In this document: positions 10,901-23,000 of the stretch, piece by piece
Layout of the letters: every line of letters begins with the position of its first letter
How positions within the stretch are numbered: the first letter of the stretch is position 1
Origin: Lytechinus pictus
Lineage: Eukaryota
Reading direction: 5' to 3'
NCBI RefSeq assembly: GCF_037042905.1
Contig: NC_087251.1
Span: forward strand, 19,284,001-19,348,000
DNA: 64,000 nt
Made by a program: the position numbers and the translations under genes
The notes under the pieces: generated by a model
Told to the model about the DNA's origin: nothing
Database searches by the model: none
The model's input: only the letters and a program-made list of their open reading frames with translations

Positions 10901-13900
10901 AACTGACTGACTAATACCTTGGTCACATTTGCTCTACGGCGGCCGTACGGCGGCCGTAGATACCTGAATTCGAGAGATTTCTGCGGCGGCCGCAGAAAAT
11001 CTGCGGTGGCCGCAGGGTCGACGTACGGCGGATTCCTACTTTTTACATGCCGTAGGGGTGGCCGTAGAATTTTAACTCAGAGTTATAACATTTTTTCTTT
11101 TCTACGCTCGCCGTAGAAATTAGACTAGCCGTAGGCATGGCGTAGAATGGTCTACGGCGGCCGTACGTCGAGCGTACGGTGGCCGTAGGGCTGCCCTCGT
11201 GTTTTTTTTCCCTCCTTTCCCCTTTTTCTTTTGTGTTATCTGCTCGGGAGCCACCAGTCGCGTATTTAGAATTTTGCACCTCGGGGGCCCGACCTATAAT
11301 TTTGGCCCATGTGTACTTTTTGGGAAAAAAATGGCGACCCCTCCTCGTCTGGTAAACAGGTGCCTTAAATGCATGTTGAATTATCTTATTTCATAATCAC
11401 ATGAAAAAGAGCAACTGCAGACCACTTTTTTAATGATGACTTAATAAAAAGCAAACTATCCATGAATATGATGTAATACCACTTTTTTAAGAACAAATGT
11501 GACCAGGAAGCACAGATATTGCCCTTTCGCCAGCGGCTAACTTGGGTACAATATGACGTTATTATCATTATCATTATTATTATTATTATCATGGGGAGTT
11601 AAATGCTGATTTTTGTTGTTGTTTCATAGGGTGTAGTTCTTACTTAAGACTAACGCTTTTATTAACATCTTAACTTTATTCATAAAAACAAGTTAACATG
11701 GTTAAGGGAGATTTATTTCATAAGTCTAAATAAATAATGCGAACGCGATTTTTGATAACTTGTGTATAGACCTGAACATAGAATATTCTGAGAATATTTG
11801 TAAGCATGAGCAGGATGGGTATCTATCTATCTGTCAGGGCGAGCTGAAAATTGTCTATATTCCAAAATGACCCAAAGTTTGGAAATTCTAAGCATTATTG
11901 GTAATCATGAACAGGATGGGCACTTAAAAATTATTCGATGCGAGCGCGAAGCGCGAGCTGAACTTTTTTATGTTCCGTTCCAAAACTAGACATTCTACGC
12001 AATTTAGGTAATCATTAGGTGATCATTAACAGGATGTCATCTAACTAATCATTCGATGCGAGCGCGAAGCGCGAATCACCCCAAAGGTCGAATTTGCCCC
12101 CCCCCTTCCTAGGTCGAACATTACTGATCGTATAATATTCAGATCAGTGTCAAACATTAATTTGGCGACCCCCCCCCCTTCCTAGGTCGAACATCAATTT
12201 GGCGCCCCCGCACTTTTATTACTTCTCCCCCTTTCCCCTTTTGTCTTCTCTCATTTTCCCTTCTTCTTGTTTCCTTCTCTTTCTTTTCTCCCTTTTCTCT
12301 TTTTCTTCTTTCCCCCTCCTTTTTTATCTCCCTTTTCTTTCCCTTTCTTTCCTCCCTCTTTTTGGCGCCCCCTTTTCGCCTACCCGGGAGCCCGGGCCCC
12401 GAACCCCCCCTCCCTCCCGCCCAGAATGCGCGCATGGGCATAATGCGACACTTTGAAAACTTTCTGAAATGAAATGTCTCATGTAAAAATATCATGATGG
12501 GTGTGACAAGCAATTCACGGTATACTCACTGTAAAGTCCCCCTGCGGCCGCCGTGAGGGCGCCTTGCGGCCACCTCGCGTCTGCAGTAGTATTTGTCAAA
12601 AACCTACGGCCAGCGCAGGGTCGCCCTATAGGGCGACCGTACGTCATGATTTCAAGGGCATACGTCAGCCGCAGATTTTTTTTTCTCCATAAATTAAAAA
12701 ATACGCCGTGCGGCGACCGTAACATATGTGACCGCTAGAGTAAGTGGCCGTGGAAATATTGCGGCGACCGTAGAATTGCTACTCGCCGTAGAAATTTTAG
12801 AATCTACGGCGGCCGTAGCAAATGTGACCAAGGTATTACTGTCTAACTAACTTTATAAAAAGATAATTGAATACATATTAGATGAATAGAAGAGAGATTG
12901 ATAAATAAACAAATGAATGAACAAAAAATGAATAATTATGTAAAAAGATGTAACAATAAGCAATTAAATAAAAGAATGAATGAACAAATTAACCGACTAT
13001 TTACTCAATTAGGCAGGCAAAGCACAAAACAACCATCTTTATTTGAAATAAGTGAATGTACACTGAAGGGATCTCGGCCAATTATTGATTGTTCAGTCCA
13101 TACTCACTTTGAGCGGTGGTAGAAGGCGGTGCCGTGGATTGGACGGGCGTTCCCATAATTGTAAACTCAGTAAGATGCGTGCTCTCACAGGAAACCGTAC
13201 TATCATCTACCGTTGTCGATGTCATACCATCCGTGCTCCAGTCATCGAGATCGCTGTCCCAATAGACGCAGCCGTAAGAGACCCCGGTCAAGGAGATCGT
13301 TAGAGGAAACGAAATGGTGACCGGTGTCGTCAGGCCACTCACGTTCAGTGTGGAACCTGGTGTGTGAATAATACGATAACGAGGATTTTATTTGAAGATG
13401 ACCATTAAAAAATCTGTACAAATTTTAAGAAACGAAGGATATGGAGGCAACTCCACGAAATAACACAATGAAGATGAGGTTTTAAAATTGCAGAGAGTGA
13501 TTTGTGAGAGTAAAGCAGAACTCAATGTCCAGAGCAAAAAAAAAATCGTCTTGCATGTATCCTTTTTTTCTCAGTTACGTTTGATGAAAGTTCCCATATA
13601 CGGGAACGTTCTCTAACCATTTAAATTTTTCAAATCTAGCCCGTTCATCAGATAATTAATTAATCAAGAATTTAATTACTTCTGTAAATCTGCCTAAAAA
13701 TCAGGAGTCCACAAAAATAGTTTGAGGGCCAAATCTTGTTATTGTCTTTGTTTCTTGTCTGTAGTTAGTCATCATTCTGCATGGTACTTTGTAAAAAGTT
13801 ATAAAATGGGCAGTATGAAGGCCTACATCTTTCGGCGAAGTTGTATTATAATGGGTTTGTGTTGACCGTTGTTCAAGATGGGGATTTTAGATATAAATCT

Positions 13901-16900
13901 CCTTTCTCATGACATAAGAAGTTTGTTTTATCAAGTTTGTATGAATCTATGGAATTGTTTAATTCATGTTTAAGTTTGAATAACATCTTTCTTTGATAGA
14001 ATATGTAACAGGTGAGAGATATGATCTACTTACCAGTAGACGGATTAGACAATTCAATTCCAATGATATCAGCTGCTCTATTATCAACATCATCCTGATC
14101 CATTGAGAACGGATCATTACTGGTCGAATAATGAGAGAATGTGATTGTTACTCCAGAACATGTCTCTCCATCGGCACAATCCCACGCACTTCCATACCTT
14201 ACAGACAAAAGAAATGATGATTATATTAGTAATACTGATACTAATGGGATTATGCAACATCTGAGCGCTTTATACAAATGTTTCTAGGCAGGTTACGTTA
14301 TTTCACTGGCTTCAACGTAGGTGATAAGAAGGCGCTTAAGCATTTTTCAGGAATTGATTTCTGCCAAGTTATTCATATAAGTGTAAATGAATTGTATTCA
14401 TAGTCACAGCATTATAAATAGAAAAAAATATGAATTTCTAGTGATTTACTATCCTAGTAGTATACTGCCACCATTTATTTGGAACAATTAAGATTTTTCA
14501 AAGATTAAGATTCAGTCAAAATGATGAATTCAAGTCAAGTCGCCTTCAGGTACATCATAATACAACATTTTGTATGCAGATTATAGTTTCGTAGCCGTTA
14601 ACATGATTGGCTGTTTCAAAATACGCCAAGTAGATTATTTTTTGAAGGAGCAATCGATTAACGCAAATACGTGGGAATCAATTAGAATTGTAATAATATT
14701 TATCAAAAAATAAAAGAACGTACAAACTGTTGAGTTCACTGCCGAAATCGATAGTCGCTGCTCCAGACCCGGAACTGGCAGATTCAAAACTCCCTGTAAG
14801 AAGAGCTCGCATGACGCCTACTGTGACGTCAGCCGAGATAATCTCTTGACGAGGTGCACCAAGCGCCAACGCTCCTGTCATTGATGTCGTGATCTTGCTT
14901 GTGATTTTACTGTGGTGGAAAAAGTTAAAGTCAAGTTTACCAGAGAATGTCCCAAAGAATTGAAATTAAATGTCTGGTATAATGTTAAGTAAGTGATGCA
15001 GGAAATAAGCTGTATTTGTGTAAATGAAAGTAAACCCAGAGAATACAATAAACATACTGATACAGAACAACCCGTCAAATGTTATCAATGCATCTGCTAT
15101 TTAAAAAAATGATAAAAATTGGCTATTTGTCATTTATAGTGGTTTTGGGATCTTAGGGGGGTGGGAAAACTGTCAAGGGGTAAACTTTAAAAATATGTTT
15201 TAAAATAGCTGCACTCTATTTGGTTGTAATCTCGTTCAATCACATTCAAATTAAGTGATCAAACACACAATGGTAATAGAAATAATAAATATTCTTCTTT
15301 TTTAACACTTTTTTGTGTATTTTGCTCAAAGAATGCCTTCCATATAACATACTTGATCTTATTAAGCATGGGTCCGTTGTCTGTGGCAGTCAGTCCATCT
15401 CCAATGGTAGCTAGCTGATAGAGGATACTCTCTGCACTGGAATCAGGTATGGTAACGTCTTCACTCACGTATACATTCACGATCTGGAGGATGTAGCCGA
15501 GGAATGTATCTGATTGAAGGAAACATTACAAAGGAGTAGACTAACGATTGACAACATCGACTGTATTTTCTTTTATGTAATTTAAAAGCTTGTAATATGC
15601 AAAGAGTCTGGAGACAGCAATATCATTCAATTAAATTCAAGTTAAATCAAATTTAAGAATGGACTTTAAGGATTCAGATCCAATACTAGCCCTGAATCAA
15701 AACTCTACATCAATTCCTTACCACAGCTTATTGATATTCCTGGAAATGTCAATAAGCTGACACTGTGTCTTTTATAACACAACAGTGCCATGTGTCTCGA
15801 AAAAAGATATCGTGTATAAAAATATCATTAATTGTGGAGGTGCCGTGGCCGAGTGGTCTAAGGCCTGACTAGACATTGAAAGTCCGGGGTTTGATCCCCG
15901 GCCTAGGCACATATGCCGGTGAGCATTGCACCTTATCATCAGTGCTATTTTATTCTGCATTCAAATAAATGGAAATGCTCTATGCATTCTTGGTAAATAG
16001 GTGTGAGTATGATTTTTTTTAAATGGAGTAACAAAATTCATATGTTCAAATTGATGAAATGAAATATACTCATCGAGGAGCAGCAAGTTAAACAATGGCT
16101 TTAGGCAGTGCAGATTCGGTAGAAGGGTTGACAAAAGAAAACTTGTATTTTCTGGACTAAACTTGATTAAGATCTTACCTTGATCTGCTAGAGTCAACTG
16201 AGCTGGACTGACAGCTGCGATCTGGTCGATGAGAATCTGAGCGGTGGTCGTATCAAGAACTGTATTACTTAATACATTGGCGATCAGGACCATTTGTTCG
16301 GCTGCTGTTGCCGATGTCTCGTCGGATGCTACACGACGTCGTCTTGAAGCACTTTCGTCCACCTTGGATGCAAGCATATTACGATTAGCCAGAGCTCCGA
16401 TGTGGTCACCTGGTAAGAAGCAAAGAAGACTGGTTAACATCTTTTGATCATTATACATGATGATAGAGAGTAACATAACTACTAAATTGTTAAATACGTT
16501 ACCGACCTTACAAATTGTCGAATTCCAATGAATCATCGGTTTGAATGTGCCAAGCCAATTTTGGGTTGATTTTGCCACTTTTTTGGTAGGACACCAAACG
16601 ATTTCGTATTTTGACCAACTCCTTTTTGTTAAAGTGTAGACATGTCAGTTTATTTTTAAGTTCGTGCACATGCGTTTATACCTATATCATAGTCATTTAT
16701 CTGATACACAATTCAATGTAGAAAATGCCCCTTTTCAATATAAGTCATGCAGGAGATCGTTCTGAGGATTAAAGCAACGATTTTTATGTCTATATAGTTA
16801 GACTCCTACCAAATGGCGGCACTGTGTAAGCAATCCTTCACATTCAAATGAAGAACTTGAAAGAGTAAACAGAAGGAGTAGGGGAAGGGAGGCTGAAGAG

Positions 16901-16968
16901 GAGAAGGAGAATAAATAGGAGAAGGAGGAGGAGGAGAAGAAGAAGAAGAATAAGAAGAAGAAGAGGAA

Positions 16969-17000
<32 letters not shown>

Positions 17001-20000
17001 GGGAAAAGGGGAAGAAGAAGAACTATAACAAATAAATACTCTGCATTTCCAAACTTTGTATGGAATATGCAAATTATTATTTCTAACCTGCGAATGTCTT
17101 TGCATTTACGAAGTCAGCCTTGAAGGAATTGATGTCAGCAGCAGAAAAGCTTAACTTGAGTGAAACATTAGTTCCTGCTATCCAAGTAGCACACATCTCA
17201 TTCTTGTCACAAACCTTTTTAAACGAAAATTAATGGATGACGAAAAAATTAGCATGATGTATGTACAATTTGTCAACTTTTTCTTACCAAATTTGAATTG
17301 AATTAAAGACCTATACTGATGAATTAGGAGTAACCTACCAAGGTACAATAATTGAATTATTAAGGTATTCTTTAGCGTAATAATTCTTTCAGTAAAATAA
17401 AATTTGACATATAAGTACTTTCGTATCATTAAACTGCTGAATCTAGCTATCATCACCGTTAGTATTATGCACCCCAAACACCATCATCATCATCATAACC
17501 ACTACCACCATCATCGTCATCACTATTATCACCCTCTCCTAACTCATCGTCTGCTTTACTTTATAGTTCTCATCATGATTCACCCCATTATCATTATCAT
17601 ACTCTTGATCATTATCATTTTCATATTTGGTATTGAACTCACGGTGATGACGTATGTTCTGTTATCACTCCCCTCTAGCTTTGGTTTGCCCACACCGGTG
17701 AAGCTTGGTTCAGAGTTCTTCTCAGTGATGATCTCGAGTTCGCCGTCGGCTTTGACGACGGAGAGCTGGTAGTTGAGCGGGTAAGCGTCGACCGAGGTGA
17801 CACAGTTCTCGGTGGTAAATATAACCTGCGATAATAAATCAACATATGCTCGTTTTTATCGAGGGCCTTGAGTGATTATTCTTCTGATTGCTTTGTCTAC
17901 TTTTGCCTTGCTGCGGTTTTAAAACGTGCTTGTTGAATATTTATTTTTTTGACAATGATCACTGTCATAATAATGATTACATACATCACTAATACCACAT
18001 TCGGCAAGAGGCCTGTAATAATAAAGAGATACAATGAATATTTTAATAATTTTTCACCTGTATTGTTCAATGTATTACATGCACTAAGGTTTCCATTTTT
18101 AATATCATTTCCTTTATGATAAGAAACTCATAACTAGTAAAATATTTGATACACCACCTTAACAATAGAATATCTTTGTAAGAACAGAGATGTGCCGACA
18201 GAGGAGCACCCGTATGATTCTTATTCTAAATGAACAATATAACCAGTGTGGAAATTCACCCTGATAAACAGCTACTTTCCTCTAATATACAAACATTGAA
18301 AGCTAGTCATTCATGGCAATGATAACGTCTTGACTGACTGACCTCATCGAGTTCTTCATAACTTGGCACGGAAAATTCGCATGATGTCGGGCCTGAACGG
18401 ACTTCGACGTAGCTCTTTACCGTGCTGTACTGATCACCGATGTCAGTTACATTCAGTAAGAATGCATAGCTCGCGCCACGCTGGACAATCCCTGTGGTTT
18501 TTAGAAGAATGGTGGGAACGAAATTCAGTTTTAGCAAAGGTAATCGCTTGTTGAAGTTTTAATTTTCAAGCTTATTTACTTTTAAATCATAACATAAGAA
18601 AACAATCTTCACACAGTTAACACAATTTCAACCAAACAATACAAACACAGATATACTAATTAAAACGGTATCTTGTATGGTGTGCGGAAAAAATTAAACT
18701 TTGTACTTCTCATTAATTTTGTATAGTAAAGCTGAGGGAATGAAGAGAGCCAATAGTAGCGTACAGCTTGCATATAAAGTACTGTTTTTGTTTTCTCAAC
18801 GAGCCACCATAGCATTTTATAGCAGGAGTGGAAAATGGCGACCGGCATTAATGTTGAATGTAGTCATTTAAACATTTTGAATATCTATCAGAAGTCCATC
18901 ATGATTAAGGTATTGTAGTATTCTTCGTTGAGCATCAGTTTTAATGGAAGCATGCTGAACGCATCAGGAGCTTGTCGTGGCATTTATTCGAATCTTAACC
19001 GGCCGCCATAACCATGATGACAAAGAGAGATAGCGAGAAATTGTCCAAGATATGCCTACCTCTTTTACTATAAACACCAAATCGTCTTAAAATACAAATT
19101 TATCTTGGAAATACAGGTTATGACCCATTCCCGTAAAAAAAGAAGATGATGACACCTAAATAAATGAAGCTACTGTTAAAAGAATATCTAACCTTTATCA
19201 ATAGTGATGGTTGCAATGCTGAAACCATCACCCGCTTCAAGAAGCTGCACATCTCCAAGTAGGTTGGAAGAATCAGTCAGGTCGATGTACGAATACCCTG
19301 AAGAAAAAAAAACACAATTTCAGATAAATATTAAAAACTCGCTGTCTTTCGTAATATTCCTGCATTCCCTTTGCTGATCCACATTTACATGCGTGAAAAA
19401 CTGAATTACTTTAAAACACGTATCAACATATTTTTATATACATTCGTAAGTTCAAGGAAATACATCTCACTGTGTGTATTTGAGTTTTGTCAGACGTGTA
19501 TCAATCAGATATGATCATTTACGTCTGGGACCGACCTTTAACGTCACCATCCGAAATACGTGACCAGGGCTCGAACCTCTGCTTCAATTTGTAACTTCCT
19601 CACAGCTTGGATTACAGGCGCACGCCACAACGCCCAGTTTTGGCGTGCATCTTAGCACTTTTAATGAATCTTCTTGAAAGCATTTCATCAACAATTTTCG
19701 TCTAACAAGTTGTCAGATCTAACAAATTTATTTTCAACGATCTCGAAGCACAGATGTCTGACAATCACTGTGGTCATTGTTTAAAAAAAAACTTGTCGGA
19801 TAAATCATTCGACGAGTCCTTTCATTAAAAACACTCACCTAAATCAGAATGACTGATAGTTTTATGGGCCTATTTCATATTAATAATTTCATCTTCTTGT
19901 CTTGTAATGATTTTTTTGTAATATATATTCAAATGTATATATAAGAAATGAAAATATAATTCAAATATTTACCTGAAGTGGTATCCACAGTTTGGAATGA

Positions 20001-23000
20001 ATAAGTAGAAAGGTCGGACGAGTGGAAGATGTATGCTGTAAGCTCAAGACTAACGTCATCATTGATTATATTATCCTCGTCGCTTGTAAACAGGATAATC
20101 TATAAAACACAAATTAAATAATAATGACAATAATAACATTCTCTTTAATAAAGTGCTTAAACGTCGGAATGGCAGCTCTAAGTGCATTAAAGAAATAACA
20201 TCTGTCACGTGACGCTAGGTTGCGGTGCCGGGTTTCGAGCACCCGACCCTCTGATTATAAGATAGATATTCGTACTACTACACAGACACTTCCACTAACC
20301 TACCATTTTAAAAACTGGAATGCAAATATGATTTAGAGATAAAAGGTAAATGCGACTCTGGTACAGATGGTGTGAGATTTCTGATCTGCAAATAATGCCA
20401 TCGCCATTCCTTATTGATCTTATTTGAATAAACACACAAATCACAAATTAACATTGTGGAGTACACGAGACATAACGACTTGCTGATACGACCCCGCGTC
20501 AAAGAACCAAGCATCAGTTGTCTCACCTAAACTTTTAACGGGAGGATCTAGACACAACATTGATTTGATTTGATTTGATTTGGTATGGTAATAACCCCCT
20601 TTTTATCTGGAGAGAATGCATTTTTCATCATTTTAAGATTCGTATCTCATAACGAAACTAATTGCAAATTCAAAGCAAAATATTCCTTCAGATGATATAT
20701 ATTATTGCAAATATTGTGAATATATACCTTTGGTGGATTTCCATTTACAGCTGATATGGTGACAAATGTTTGTGCCGTTCTCGTTTCCTTGCGTACCACC
20801 AGGGTAAATACATATGTCTTTTCTGCTTCGAGTGCCTGAGCATCGAATTCGAGCACGCCGACGTCGTTATTGCTGGTGTTGACAATCAGCGAACCGAGAG
20901 AGTCAGGATCGAATGACCAACAGGCAGAGTTGTCAGTCGTCTGTGTGATAAAAAAAACCCAGGAAATAACAAGATAAGATGAAAATTTGAGTTTTCAACT
21001 AAAATATCAGAATTATGCTACTAATGTTTGTAATAGCTACTCCCACTTGCCAGGAAAATACACAAGTGATTTAATTTTCAAGCTTATGACCGTTTGGTAA
21101 ACCCGTGTCCAGATAAGTATTTTATTTTATTTTATATCTATCATATCTATTGAGATTAGTAAACATCCAAGCAGTTTTCTTATTAAGTACTTAATCTCAT
21201 TTTGATAATAATACCGTTACGTTGTATACATTATGAAAGAATATGAGAGTCATTATGTCTCCTTCTCACTGTCGTGCTGTCCGCTACGAACACCATGATT
21301 TGCCTTCCATAAGTGATCGCGAGAACTTTCGAGGTATTTAATCTTTTCTGCGATCAGTACGATTGCCACGACTGATCTGATACGAACTAATACGATCACT
21401 GGGATTATTACTACGATTATCCCCGTTTCAATCGTGGGCGAATCGTGAAAGTGGAAAATTAGTATCATTGTTCCTCACCTGTTCACACAACCAAGTGTAC
21501 TCCCAATCACGGGCCTGTTCATCGGGATCAATGGAGTTGGTACCGTCCAAGGAGACGGTCCCGCTGTCGCGACCTACGATGAACTCTTTAGCGCCGTCGA
21601 TCTTGGCGATAAGGTCCGATTGATGTGTGGTGACGAGGATAGATGTCTGGGTGGCTTGGTTAGGTGTACTTGATTTGTACACCGTCACAGTGAATAATAT
21701 GTTCTCTCCACCTGTAGAAGAAGAAATAGAGATGTGTCATTTCTCGTTGATTGATTAGAAAGAAAAAAATCAGAAATGTATACGTCCCTCCGCCAATGTC
21801 CCGTTCCTTTTGGTTGAGCTACATAATTATGTATAAGTATTGTGTGTATGATTTTTCTGATTTCACTTTGTGTCATTACTAGGTATATATAATTCAATAC
21901 TTTCTTTGATAATTGTGTTCTCTTACCTAAATTTTAGCACTTTTTTCTCAGAACTTCACTTTAATCTCTATCTGATACCCATATCCCTCTTATCCCCCTC
22001 CCCTCTCCAACCCTCCCTCCCTATCTTTCACACCCTCTCTCTCTCACTCTCCTTCCCTCCCTCTCTCATTCTCACTTTTTGCAGTCACTTTCTATTCCCC
22101 ATCTCTCTCTCTCTCTCTTTCTCTATTCGTATCCCATTTTAAACAAGGAAATAATAACTGAAATGTTTATTCTGCTAGATCGTTCTCCATATAACACCCA
22201 ATGAATCTATGTTAGATATGAACCTATAGTCTCGCCTTCCATTCTTCCCTAGAGCCTGACCTAATATATCTCACCTGGAAGTGATCCCTCATCAACCCTT
22301 AATGCACGTGTGTACATAGTGAAGAGATTGAGAGCGACATCGGTGTTGTTCACCGACCATTCGATCACAGTTTCGCCAGCTGGCACACACTCAGAGTAGT
22401 ACTTGATGTCGGCGACCAGATAGAACCTGTACGATAAAAAAGTAGTTCATTATCGGGAATCGGGATGTACGTTTTCACACAGAAATGAACGTTATTACCC
22501 ACTCTGGTATGAATTGATTACACCGAGATTACTCTCAAGTTCGAATGATGATTTTGATGCAGTTTTTCACAACTGTCACCATGGTGACTTCTCGTTTCCT
22601 TAGAATAGTCGAGGTCCAGTGGATAAAATTTGGGCTGCGGATCACAGGGTTTGAAGTCCCGCTCTGGCACTAATCGTGCTAATGTCCTGAGGCTAGGTAA
22701 TAATGTACATTTGCCACCATCGACCCAGACGAGCTAATGAGGAATCACTAGGAAATTTGAAAGTGCCATAATTATGTTTCGCTTTTCTTAAGTCGGAGGT
22801 AATGAATGTGTAGCGACAAGAGACTCTCGGACAGACCGGAGCATTATATCAGAGATAGTTGATTTTATTATTACCTTCAAATGATAAACAAAAGAGTTAT
22901 TAATTGCTAATTAGTCACATTCATTTATTATATATCGATCTGTTTAGAAAATGGTAAGTTTACGACCAAGTCACTAACACTAAAGTATATCATCTTCAAA

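Noticed and set aside
12157..12513. Lys/Arg/Glu-rich ORFs
   Set aside because: Translation of a polypyrimidine tract inside a repeat.
16806..17640. Poly-Ser, poly-His and poly-Ile ORFs
   Set aside because: Products of (GAA)n and (CAT/ATT)n microsatellites; the real exon here (17088..17214) is in another frame.
19604..19638. Human Alu contamination
   Set aside because: Similarity is limited to the short head, the body is non-Alu, and it lies within a phase-consistent intron of the host gene.
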